Origin: Camelus ferus
Lineage: Eukaryota
DNA length: 64,000 nt
Assembly: GCF_009834535.1 (NCBI RefSeq)
Contig: NC_045697.1
Location: forward strand, 17,796,001 to 17,860,000
Reading direction: 5' to 3'
Of the stretch, positions 1 to 12,372 are shown piece by piece. A program made the translations under genes and the position numbers. The notes under the pieces are model-generated. The model saw only the letters and a list, made by a program, of their open reading frames with translations. It had not been told where the DNA came from and ran no database searches. Each line of letters begins with the position of its first letter. The stretch's first letter is position 1.

Positions 1-993
1 AAAAAGAGCTAGGAAAACTCTCTCCATCCCTGGCTCTATCCCACCACTCCTTTATCTCTTGATTCCTCCGTGGACACTGACAGCAGTTCCATGGCCATGT
101 CAGCAAGTTGTTCAGTGTCCTGGGGTGCAATTTAGTTGAACCTTGGGATAGCACTAAAGTATCTCAGCATACTTTCCCTGGCCTCCTGGCCATAAGGATC
201 TGTTCCCTCCTTTCCTGAACAACTGGTTGAAGGTGGGCCTGTCTGAAGAAGCTAGAAGCAAATTAAGTGTGGCTGTGGTCTGTCTGGGCCTCCACACCCA
301 CTCACATTCTGTATAAACAGCAGCTCCATTTACTGAAGAACATGCTGTGGGTTCAACTTTGTTCTGAGGGTTCTACTCACAAGCTCACAAGTGATTCTTG
401 CAGAAGTCCGATAAAATAGGTCTAGCTATTAGCCCCCTTGTGCAGATGAGAAAACAGAAGCACAGAAAGGGTGAGTAATTTCTCTAAGGCCACACAGCGA
501 AGTGGCAGAACTGGCTTTCAAACCTATGCCCTGAACCACTGTGCCACATTGCTTTGTCCATTCTCTGTCACTTTTTCTGAACTTTGCTTTAAAGGCCCTT
601 CATAATAGGACCGGATGTGGGAGATGAGTTTCAGTTATCTTGTCATATTTTTTGCATTAGGTGAGTAGTTTTTATTAAAGCCCATTTAGATGGCTCCAAC
701 ACCACTGCTTGGCCCTGCCTTTATGGGAACTTAGCCTTCCTCCCACCAGCCTCCTGGTCTCCCCGCCTCCTGTGAGTACCTCCTGGTTAAAAGCCCCTCC
801 CCACTTTGCCAACCTCAGCTCATCACAGATGGAGCTGCTGCCCTTCTCCAGTCTTCACCAGGAACCTGTCAGGCTCCTTTCCTGCCTCCTGACTCATCCG
901 CATCAGTCCTTTCAGGAGTCACAGGCCCAGGCTCAGCCGATGGTAGAGACAGAAGTCTCTTCCCTGGAAGCATCATCTACAAGAACGACTTGG

Positions 994-1334
994 TGTTATG
1001 GGCTGAATCCTGTCTCCCAAAATTCGTATGTCAAAGTCCTAACCATCAGTACCTCAGAATGTGACCTGATCTGGAAGCAGGGTCATCGCAGATGCAATTA
1101 GTTAAGATGAAGTTACACTGCAGAAGTGTGGGCCCTAAATGACTGTGACGGGTATCCTTACAAGAAGAGGAAATCTGGGCACAGACACACAGGGAGACTG
1201 GCCCTCAGAAGGAACCAACCAGCTGACGCCCTGATCTTGCATGTCTAGCTTCCAGAATTGGGAGTCAGTAAGCTTCTGTTGTTAAGCCTCCTAGTTTGTG
1301 GTATGTGGTTACAGCAGCCCTAGCTAATGAAGAC
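994..1334 (+). mobile_element. MaLR LTR (MLT1A/B-like)
   Basis: Starts tgttatgggctgaat..., contains gtcctaacc..agtacctcagaatgtgacc and the 3' ttaagcc..ctagtttgtggta..gttacagcagccctag signature. Confidence 0.8.
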
Positions 1335-4300
1335 GATGGATCTCCAATAATAAAGAGGGAAGACGGCCCTCCCCATTAGGGAAATCCTCCTGCTCCCTAC
1401 TTAGGTGCCTGTCTCCCAGGAAGCCTTCACCGATCCCCTGACTGTGGTTACAGAAGAGAAGAGGCCAGGCCATGGCGTTAAGAGGCTGTTGCAAGGCTGT
1501 TGTGTTAGTCCATTTACTTGTAGTGCCTTCAGGTGGAAGGACTGTGAAGCTGGGAGGGAATTGGTCTCCATCCTGCCCCCACCCCAGTCCCAGTGAGTTA
1601 CTCCTTTCTGACGAAAGCAGGATCCCGCCCACGTGGTCCCCACCATCTCTGCACCACCAGCCATGTGCCTGGACCACAGTGCATTTCTGTCAGGTGGATG
1701 GATGCGTGCATGTGTGCACAGGGGGAAGAAAGAGCCAAGGAAGTAAGAAGATGGGAGGCGAGGAAAGAAGAAACAGGATATCTTTAAAAGCAGGATTTTT
1801 TGAAGGGAGGGTGGTAAAAGCGAGGAGAGTTCAGCCATTTTTCTGAGGCGGATCCACAGTTCCTTATCTGATACTCCTGCGACCAGATGTTTTCCATATT
1901 CGGAATTCTGGGGTCTTAAGAGAAGGGGCATGGGCCGTATGGGGCAGCATCCTGTCCAGAAACGCACTGGTGTTTCTGCAGCAAAAATAGATGATTAGTC
2001 GCTTAAAATGAGATAAATGAAGGTTAAAAAGTCATGCTTCAAAGTCAGATTGTTTTTTCTACTTTAGGTCGCCTGAGGTTTGGGGGTTGGGGATGACATT
2101 AACGGAGTGTGACTCTGTAACGGAGCAAAGCTCAGCTGAGATGCAAATCTCTGCTCACTTTCTCATTTCTGAGAAGGCAAGTGTTCAGGGAGAGAGCCTG
2201 TCCCTTGCAGTTGGGTTCTAAGGTCACAGCCAGGGTGCTTGCCAGGGGGATTCCCAAGAAAATGTACATTGTTCATCATATGAAAAGACAATGCTTTGTT
2301 CTCAGTCAAAGCCAGCTGAAGAATGAGAGGAAGGGAGAAAAGTCTTCCATTGAAACTCAAATCCTTCCTTTAGTCCCAGACTCCTCCCCACCTTTTCCCC
2401 AATAATAAACCACATTTCCCGTTGTTCTTCTTTTCTGGGAACAGTTCTATAGGCGTCTCCCCCACTGCTCAGAGCCCAGCTGTCTCAAGCTGCAGATGGT
2501 CTGGGCAGCCTCTGGCTGGAACACCCGTGGGGCCTCCAGGGCAACTCCTGGGACCCGCTAAGCACTGAGAATGCTCCCCTCCTATAGAATGTGTCCTTGA
2601 ATCCGGTTGAGCTTGCTCGTGAGTGACCCAAGGCAGCTGCAGAGGTATATCTGCTGTCATTCAAGGTCTCAAAGCTGGTCCAAGCCTAATTTTCCCTCCA
2701 TCTCATCAAGATGTGAGGGTTAGGATAGAGCAGAGGAAGAAAAGTAAGACTCAAAACCAGGCAGGTTTGGCTTTCAGTCTTGTCTTTGCCACTTGCCTTG
2801 TGACCTTACATCTTTCTGAATTTCAGTATCCCCCTCTGTGGAAGGGGACAATGATGGTCTCTTGCAGGGTTGTTGTGAAGATTAAACCAGATAATACATG
2901 ATAATATATGAACGCCTAGGCCTTGAATAAATAGCAACTACGCCCATGTTTGCCATTCCATGAGCCATCCCGGGGTACTCCTTGGGGCCGGGGGCCCACT
3001 GTTTTCTAGGTGCTAGGAGGGAGGCGAAGGTGATGGGGCAGGAGGACTTGGAAGACTTTCAGAACAAGACCCCAACTTCTCCTGCACTGGCCCCTGCCTC
3101 AGGCAATTCCATAGCTGTGGGGACACTCCAAGGACTTTCCTTAGAAGGTTGTCCTAGATTTGAGACTGATTCCTATCAGGTTGCTCTCAAAACCATCTCT
3201 TCCAAGGTATCAGTGGTTCAAAGCAGTTCACTGGTGTTCCCACGAGCTCATCTATAAATGGTCTTGCTTACCTGGGGACTGGTAATCCCTCCGGGGCTAG
3301 CCATGCCCTAGTGGGGACACTCCCCAGTGTCTGGGCACACCTGAACTGGACACATCCCCTCAGTTCTTCCCGAGTCAGCTGGTGCTATGATTGGTGGCTC
3401 CCAGGGCCCTCAGGAGAGGGAGGGGACTCGGCCAGCACTGACCACTGGAACTGATGCCCAGGGCAGCCCAAAGGCCTCCTCAGCTTCCCAGATCCCAGCA
3501 CCCAGCCATGTTAGGTTACGTCTGAGAAGACTTGATTGCTCATCATCCTTATTGTCTATGCTATGCTCTTGGCTCCTAGTGTCTCTCTGTGGAGTCTTCA
3601 TGGTCCAAGATGGTTGCTTGAACTCCAGTCATCGCATCTGCAGTCTGCTTTCTTCCCAGGGGCCTCCCAACCAGAATGACCATTACCGAGTGTGTGGCTT
3701 ATTGATGTGTGTGGTGGTTTTAAACATGTCCACACATTCTATGACACTCTTGTGTAGAAAGGTAGAGGTCTGTGTCCCCTCCCCCTAACTCTGGGCCAGT
3801 ATTTGTGACTTGTCTGTAACCAATAACATGCAATGGAAGAGAGGCAGCATGACTCAGATCAGACAGGTCATGCAGCTTCCCGTTGGAACCCTAGGGACTC
3901 TGGCTCTCACAAAGTCACACCCCAGAATTACTATGCTGAAAAGGCACAGCACTGATAGAAAGACCACTGGATGGGACTCAGAGGGCCCAATGCCAGCTGA
4001 GGGTCTTTCTCTCTAGCCTGTCGGGGGGCAGCAGGGCCCACTGTTAAAGGGTGTGGGCTCTGAGGCTGTGGGCTGGTATTCATGAGCAACTTCGTCCACT
4101 CCCTGGCTGTGTGTCCTTACACAGGCCCCTGAACAATAGGAATAACTGTAGCCTCTACCTCATAGAACTGACATGAAAATAAAATTGGCTAGTATATGTG
4201 ACAGGTTTAGAATCATGTTTCACTCAATATTATTACCTTGTTTTCTTTACTTCATAGCATTGATTATTTCCTGGAATTTTTGTATTTCCTCATTTGTGGT

Positions 4301-4404
4301 TCTCTCTCCACTAGAATGTGAATGTATAGGGCAGGCACCATGGGTACCATCCCTACTTCTGTGTCACCGCCACCTAAAAGAGTATCTGGCACATAGTAGG
4401 GTCT

Positions 4405-4830
4405 TGTATCAGTTTAGATCGGGGTTGGCTGTATGTAACAAATGAACTCATTTTAACAGTAGTTTAAATAGGTAGCAGTTTATCTCCCTTTCATGAAAAA
4501 TGTCTGCAGACGTGCAGCCTAGGGAAAGTTATGTGGTGCTAACATCATCAGGGGTCCAAATTCCTTCTACCTGGCTGCTCCACTAGACTTACTGTGTCTA
4601 CTTCATGGTCCAAGATGATTGCTTGAGCTCCAGCCATCACATTAGAATTCTGTGTTAGGAACAAGAAAGCACAGACATGTGTATTACTTCCCTTTTAAGG
4701 AAACTTTCCAGCAGTCCCACACAATAACTCAGCTTATACCTCAATGGCCTGACCTTACTGGGAGATTATACCTAACTCCAAGGCCAGCTGGGAAAGTTAA
4801 TCCATTGGAATGGTGCCATTATTCCCAGTT
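4405..4830 (-). mobile_element. Old MaLR LTR (MLT1K/L-like)
   Basis: tgtatcagtt..ggctgtatgtaaca start and tggtccaagatg..ctccagccatcaca motif. Confidence 0.55.
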
Positions 4831-6564
4831 AAAGACAAGGTTCTAAAAGAGACATGGAATACTGAGAAGAAACTAGCAGGGCTCAGTAAATCTCAGTCAG
4901 ACAGATAAATGGTCCAAGAGCCTCCGCCCTTTCCAATCATGTCCAAGGGAGTCCCACTGAACTGAAAGGCCAGTTGACCTGTAATTTGTGCCAGCCCTGC
5001 CTTTAGAAGGCTGTGACCGCTGCTTGATTGAGTGGGAGTCAGAAGGTAGGAGGCTGGGTCAGGAGAGAGGGATGGGCCGGGCAGAAGCAGCCAAGCTTCA
5101 GTCTGTGGTGCACTCCCCTCGCTCCCAGAGCTGCCCCCAGATCACTGCCAGAGCAGCCCCTAGACATGGAGGGGATGACTGGTCGACAATGAGGCTGCCT
5201 GATGGGATAGTCAAGGACAGAGCTGATGGCCTTCATCTACACCTCCCTCCTTCCAGGATTTCATCTGCTTGGTTGCCAATGGTTCTCACCATTCGCCAAA
5301 TGTCACCTTGCAACATTGTTGGTGCGAGTGTCAGCAGTCCCCTGGGTTGGGGCAGAGATTTCAGCTGACGGATGAACAGGGAACTTCAGGCCCAAGAAGG
5401 CAGACACCCCACTTAGCCTCTTGGGTCCCAAGAGCCCTGCTCTCACCTCCAGACCTCTCCTCCCTGCCGCAAGGCTGTAGAATCATCCAAGAAAGCTGAT
5501 CTATAGGGATTTCCGGAAACAATGCCAAGTCACAAGCTTCTGCTTCTGCAAGGGGAGAGCAGGGAGCCAGACTGGGGTAAATCTAGGCCAGGCTGGCACA
5601 TGCTGAGTGGACTTTTTCCTGGATTCAGTTCCTCCACCACTCCCTGTGCTTGTAAACGTCTTCTGCCTGCTGCCCTCCCAGCCTCCTTTGGTGAGGCCGG
5701 AGCCCCAAAGACCATGACCTCTGGCCTGGGGCTGAATCCTCTGGGTGCCAGGGAGCAAAGAGTTTCCAAAGATCTTAGTCTCTTTAGTCTTCAGGAATAA
5801 AAGGTGCATGTTTGGTAATAGACAATTCTCTCCCCGCCCCCGACCACCATCAACACCAGCACTGGTCTCTCCAGAACCCGAGCTTGGTGAGGGTGGTGGG
5901 GCACCAGTGAGGTACAGAGCAGGGAGTTCTTCACCTGCTCTGGAAGAATCCTGGCCCCATGCAAAGCACCGTGCTATGCACTTGGCACCTATTATTCTGT
6001 TCCATCTTCTCCTCCAGCCTATGAGGTAGAGACCATTGTTATTATCCTCATTTTACAGATGAAGAAACTAAGGCTGGACAGCAGAAGCTCCTTATCCTGA
6101 TTTCCAGTCAGCAAGCCAAATGTGCTACCTGTTTTCATTTTGTTTGGGTCTTTCTTGTCACTACATGTTATTATTTTTTAAAGGCTTATCTTTGGCTTAA
6201 AAAAAAAAAAGTGTTTCTGTTCTGTGGGCATATCTGAATTTCCCTTCAAAACACAATTTTTCATTAGGACCAGGTGCAGAAAAGGCTGAAGTTGTTTAAG
6301 ACAGCAAAATCCCCTATCAGTATGTTTTGGGAGGACAAATTGTTCCCCAGAATTTGGTATTATTGAGTCATGACTCCTTCCATCTACTGAGGGTTAACTG
6401 CATAGAAGACCTGCTGAACACTTCCCAGTGACTGCACTTCATCCTCTAGTCCCTGAAGGTGTGAATTATTAGGGCTTTTCCCCTCTTGTCATGGAAGACA
6501 CTGAGGCTTATCTAGGTAATCTGCCCCAAATTACACACTTAATAAATGGCAGAACCCGCTCTAA

Positions 6565-6885
6565 AAGAGGGTCAGCACACAATGGCCCCTGAGCAAAACC
6601 CAACCTGCCTCCTGTTTTTGTGTGGCCCACAGGCTAAGAATAATTTTTTTTTACGCTTTTAAATGGCTGAAAAAAATCAAAGGATAGATATAGCACAACT
6701 CATAAAAATTATATTAAATTTAAATTTCAGTGTCCATAAATAAAGTGTTAGTGGAACACAGCCATACCCATTCATGTACATAGAGTCTATGGCTTTCGAG
6801 TTGTTCCAACAGAGGCTGTGTGGCCCACAAAGCCTAAAACATTTACTGCCTGACCCTGTCCAGGAAAAGAGTCCTATCCCTGCTC
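6565..6885. mobile_element. hAT-Charlie DNA transposon (MER58-like)
   Basis: ggcccaca..gctaagaa..ttttt, aataaagtgttagtggaacacagccatacccattc and ggcccacaaagcctaaaacatttact motifs. Confidence 0.75.
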
Positions 6886-9849
6886 TAAAGCACAAGCTCT
6901 TAACCCTTGTTCCAAAGTTTCCAAGAAAGCTCTAAGGCCGGTGTCAGAGCCTGAGCACCAGGGCTGCTAGACCCTCCTACGTCTCGGAATGAGATGAGCC
7001 ATCAAAATCACCAAACCTCTCTGGGACTTAACTGCAAAATACAGAACATCATCACACCCTGCCCGGCTCCAAAGACGGACAGAGGATGAAAACAAGATAA
7101 TGCATGTGGAAGCACTTTGTAATCTGGAAAGCACTCTATAGAAATGGGAAGGATTATAGCGTTATTTGATTCAGAGAAAGGAGGTTGGTATGAGGGAAAG
7201 AAGCCAACTGGGGGAGGGGAGTTCAGCCCTGGTTTTGCATGATTCATTAATAAAACAGACCAGTCCTGCGAGAAATGGAGTAAACCCCTTGCTTGTCTAG
7301 CAGTTTCCCTGGCCCTGCAGAGAAGAGTCATCCCTCAACCATTCATATTTGGGGCCAGTGCCTCTGCCCCAGAGAAGGGGCTTACCTGGCCTTCCTAGGT
7401 TTGGTCTGCTTCCCAAGGAGTGGGCTCCCTCCCCCGGGAATCTCAAGGTGCTAGGAAGACTTCCCTGCCCCCGCATACGCCTTGTTCTTTCTGCTCACTG
7501 ATTTGCAAAAGACAGCAGGGATTCACTTCTATCTTTATTCCAAATTTGTTAAAACACTTGTTTCTGGACCAGGTTACCATTAAACCTACTGATGATTTCT
7601 ATAGTGTGAACAAGTTAGTTGATCACTGAATCAACAAATATTGACTAAGACCATCCAACATGCTGAGGGAGGAAAATGTAGTAAGTAAACTGATCACCTC
7701 CAGGAAGCAGGCAATCCTAGGGGCCGGAGGCGAGGCTAGGAGGGTGAAATTGAATCTGGTGTCACCATCATTGTACCTAACCAACCCTGTTTTTCAGGGT
7801 GTCTAAGAAAGTGAGAGGTGGAAAGGAAGGTACCAGGGGAGTGAGTGTGAGGTACGTCTTGAGTGGAAAGGGATATCTGGAGCTGCTGCCTCATAATTCC
7901 GGGGTGGGGTCCGCTACTGCAATGAGCCCCCTCCCACTTACAGGAAACCTGCTGTCCTGGTGGCTCCCAACACAAAAGCCAATCTGGAACCTGACAGCAG
8001 CCCTGCTCTCCCATAGCCCCGCCTGCCTGAGTGCCCCTGCTGGCACCATGGATGCCTGATGCTCAGCCGGTCTTTTAAAAGTGAGAGACAAACAAAACTG
8101 TGTGCAGAATTGGATGTTTATTTTCACCATCTGCGTGGCAATACAAGTTCAAGTTATAATGGCATCCGCTCCCCATCAGTATTAGGAAACCATTTAAACA
8201 TCCACAGCCATTTACTGATTATAAACACACACTGGAAAAAAAGGCGGCAAGTGGCATGTGGCCCCGCACCTGCTGCTTTTGTGTGTGTCAGTCAATTTCA
8301 TGCCTAGGAAGCACTGGGCTCCATGGGGATGGCTATAAAAGCAGTTTGGTTGGTTGTGGGTTTTCTTTTTTTCCTGGGGAAAAGCATAAACCAAGTTGCC
8401 CCCCAAATACACTTACTGCAAATAGATGGGAATAAATGGAAAATAGACAATGATCATAAATGCAAACAAAAATGCTAAATTTCCTAATGTTAAAAGGTCC
8501 ATTTGCTTTTAATTAGTAGATTAAAACTAAAGAGTATTTTTACTGGCTTTCAAGAAAAGTTAGCAAGGGTCACTATGCCAAAGGGTACTATCTTACACCT
8601 GCTGCCCCAACCCACCCACTCCCGCCCTGGAAGGTTTGAGTCCAGATGATGCAAATAGGGCATAAATTGGACATGGAGAGAGCAGGCATGGGAAATTGAA
8701 GGCACAAAGAGAAATTGATGCATTTTACAGGGGGAACAAAAGAAAGTTTACCCAAAAGCTGTGAAAATGTTTTCTGGATCAAGATTTTATCCTGCAAAGG
8801 GTTTCTTCACCACCTTCAGACCTGCCCCTGCCCTGTCATGGGTCCATTGGTGGCTTCAGCCTCAGTTCTGACCTCAATTAGCTGTGTGACTTTGGGTAAT
8901 CAGTCATCCTCAGAACCTGTTTTCTTACTGGGGAAAGCTTTAAAGGAGGAGTTTCATCAAACCAATGTACTCTTTTGGTCTCCTATTTCCAGGTTAATTT
9001 CTCTAAGGAGACATTTTGCTTTTGTTTTGTTCTGTTCTGTTGGGTTTTTCTTCTCTTTTCTCTATTTCACTTTCCACTTTTATGGTGTAAATGATCCATT
9101 TATTGCCTATGAACAAATTTTTTGGAAGGAGGAGTGTAGAAAAACGCTCTTGCAGCTTTGTATCTGGTCAAAAGCTCCAAGTACTTCCTAAAAGCTCCCA
9201 TCTCCCTAATGTGGTCCATGAGACACATCAGGCATTCTTCCCACCAGAGCAGCACACTCAGCTCCTCTGATCTATCCTGAGGGGTTTGTCTGCCTCCCTT
9301 TTCCTCTGAAAACTAGTTTTGAGATGGCACTCTGCTCATTAAGCTTGGCTGGCTGGAGCCCAACACAATGGCTCAATTAGCCTTCAATACACTTATTTAG
9401 AATAAAGGTTCCCTCTATATAGCTAGAACGATCACCCTCACTGCCTTAAAGGCCTAGTCTAATTTGGGGTTCTAATTCGCAGCCTTATGTTGAAGAAGTT
9501 GGCACTGAAATTGAATTGTTATACACTGCTATTGACTGAAGCCCATTATCTTAAGATAACCAGTGAAACTTGGAGCAGGTTAAATGGTAATTTCTCCAGC
9601 ATCCTGGAAGATCTTTAGGAGTCCAGGCAGAGTAGGAATGTCCCCATAAATCCAGTATTATTAGTTCATGGGAAAGTTGTTAGAAAAAACTATCTTCAGT
9701 ATTATGAATCTCTTCTCTGCACTTGTCTAATTTTCTCTGGCTCCTCAAGCCATCTGTTTCTCACCTCTTCATTTTCCACTAAAATCTACCCTTAGGGGAT
9801 CTTATTTGGATCACGAGTCAAATATAAAAAGAAAGGTAATTAGAGAAAT

Positions 9850-10120
9850 AAACAATAACAGCATAATTTGATATTAAGATACTACTGTTAATTTTGTGGA
9901 GGGGTGATAATAGTATTGTGACTTAAAAAAAATGAGTCCTTTACTTAGGAGATACATATTGAAATGTGAGATACACCTGACATTTACTTTAAAATAATAG
10001 GGTGCAGGTGAAACAAAATTGGACTTGGTAAGCGTTGAAGCTGAGTGATGAATACTGGGCCTCGTTTTATGTTCTCTCTACTGTATGTTTGAAATTTCTA
10101 CAGTAAAAAGTTTTTTAAAA
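9850..10120 (+). mobile_element. Old L1M 3' end fragment
   Basis: gagatacatattgaaat..gttgaagctgagtgatg..tgtatgtttgaaattt..aaaaag pattern. Confidence 0.6.
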
Positions 10121-10139
10121 AAACCCCACTCTTTTAGTT

Positions 10140-11600
10140 CCATATTTCTTCCTCAAGATTGTTTTGGCTATTCAGGGTCTTTTGTGTTTCTATACAAATT
10201 TAAATTTTTTTGTTCTAGTTCTGTGAAAAATGCCACTGGGACAATCTACTGAACAAATAGACTGCCTTGGTAGTACCGGCATTTTAACAATATTGATCCT
10301 TCCAATCTGAGAACATACTGTATCTTTCCACCTATTTGTGTGGTCTTCAATTTCTTTCCTTAGCATCTTATAGTTTTCTGAGTACAGGTTTATTCCTAGG
10401 TACTTTTTTTTTTTTGATGCAGTGGTAAATGGGATTGTTGCATATCTATCTATCTATATCTATTGCATATCTATCTATCTATATCTGTATCTATAGATAG
10501 ATATGCAGCAGATTTCTGTATTTTGTATCCTGCAACTTCACCAAATTCATTGATGAGCTCTAGTAGTTTTCTGGTAGTGTCTCTAGGATTTTCTATGTAT
10601 ATCATGTCATCCACAGTGACAGCTTTACTTCTTTTCCAATTTGGTTTCCTTTTCTTTTTCTTCTCTGATTGCTATGGCTAGGACTTCCAAAATTATGTTG
10701 AATAAAAGTGGCAAAGAGTGGGCATCCGTGTCTTGTTCCTGATCTTACAGGAAATGCTTTCAGCTTTTCATGGTTGAGAATGATGCTAGCTGTGGGTTTG
10801 TCATAGATGGCCTTTATTATGTTGAGGTATGTTTCCTCTGTGCCCACTTTCTGGAGAGTTTTTATCATAAATAGTTATTGAATTTTATCAAAAGCTTTTT
10901 CTGCATCTGTTGAGATGATCATATGGTTTTTATTCTTCAGTAGTTAATGTGGTGTGTCACATTGATTGATCTGTGGATATCGAAAAATCCTTGCATCCCT
11001 GGGATGAACCCCACTTGATCACGGTGTATGATCCTTTAAGTGTATTTGTTTTGGTAGGTCTTTTCCCCCTTTTCTTCTTTTGTCTCTTCTCTTGTGATTT
11101 GATGACTATCTTTAATGTTATGTTTGAATTCCTTTTTCTTTTTTGTGTGTATCTATTACAGATTTTCAGTTTGTGGTTATCATGAGGTTTTTGTATAGCA
11201 GTCTATATAAATATATATGATTGTTTTAAGTTGTTGATCTCCTAATTTCAAATGCATTCTCCTCTTAGTAATTTTCCCATTTCTAATTGTGGCCTCTTCT
11301 TTTCCACCTAGAGAATTTCCTTTAGCATTTGTTGTAAAGCTGGTTTGGTGGTGCTGAACTCTTTTAGCTTTTGCTTGCCTATAAAGCTTTGGATTTCTCC
11401 ACCAAATCTGAACAAGAGCCTTGCTGAGTAGAGTATTCTTGGTTGTAGATTTTTCCTGTTCATCATTTTAAATATATAGTACCATTCCCTTCTGGTCTGC
11501 AGTTTCTGCTGAAGAATCAGCTAATAGCCTTACAGGAGTTCCTTTGTATGTTATGTGTTGTTTTTCCCTTATTGCTTTTAATATTGTCTCTTTACATTCT
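10140..11600 (-). mobile_element. Degenerate L1 fragment (ORF2 RT region joined to ORF1 3' region)
   Basis: ORF 10602..10868 reads YLNIIKAIYDKPTASIILNHEKLKAFPVRSGTRHGCPL (L1 ORF2 RT); 11290-11590 resembles antisense L1 ORF1. Confidence 0.9.
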
Positions 11601-12323
11601 ACTAATACATAAATAAACTAATAATAAATGAAACATACTACTAAGAAACTAATAAATATATTTTAAATTTAAAATTTAATTTAAATCTAGTACAAATTAG
11701 TACATATTAGCTTTCTGCATAACATCATACCAGTTATTAACAGCAAGCACTATGTTTTCAGCACTGAGCTAATCACTTTACACGTTATCTCATTTAACCT
11801 TCTATCCTCTAAGATTGTACCCATTTCACATATGGTAAGACTGAGATTCAGAGAGGTTAAATAAGTGAACTCACATGGTTAATAAGTACTAGTGCAGAGA
11901 CCTAATTCCAAATCAAATGAGAACTAACTGCAAAATTCAAATAGTACAATTTAAAAATGAAATCTGCTGAAGAAGGAAGTGATACTATTTTATTTTTAGG
12001 TGTTTCTTTTAGAAAACATTAAATACTTCTAAGCCTCCAGCTCTCCATAGTCAACAGATTCTTTGTGAAATGACTGTTGGAATGTTATCTCCTCCTTTAT
12101 TTTTGTTTTTTTTTTCAAATACTCTAGCCTCCACCCCCATGACTCATGATTCTCATTATAAAATAGGACTTTTGCTGATTTTTGGCCAAGGTGATACTGA
12201 TGACTGTATCAAAAAATAGGCAAGTAATTTATTATTAGTTATCTGTATTTTCAGATTTTATCTGCACTTTCAGATTTTATCTGCAGCAATGATTAGGTAA
12301 AATAATACATGCATTGTCAATGA

Positions 12324-12372
12324 TTTATTAAAAATTTATTTCATGTAATAAATTATGCAATTCATTTTTATT
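12324..12372 (-). terminator. Cluster of poly(A) signals (AATAAA x3 on the minus strand)
   Basis: TTTATT on + at 12324-12329, 12335-12340 and 12367-12372. Confidence 0.6.

Noticed and set aside
709..9191. Many 60-190 aa ORFs in the first 9 kb
   Set aside because: No recognisable protein motifs, no consistent exon chain, several overlap MaLR/MIR repeats; consistent with chance ORFs
12249..12285. Short direct duplications (19 bp period here; similar ones near 37790, 45955 and 54880)
   Set aside because: Two-copy slippage duplications without spacers; not CRISPR-like and no sign of function
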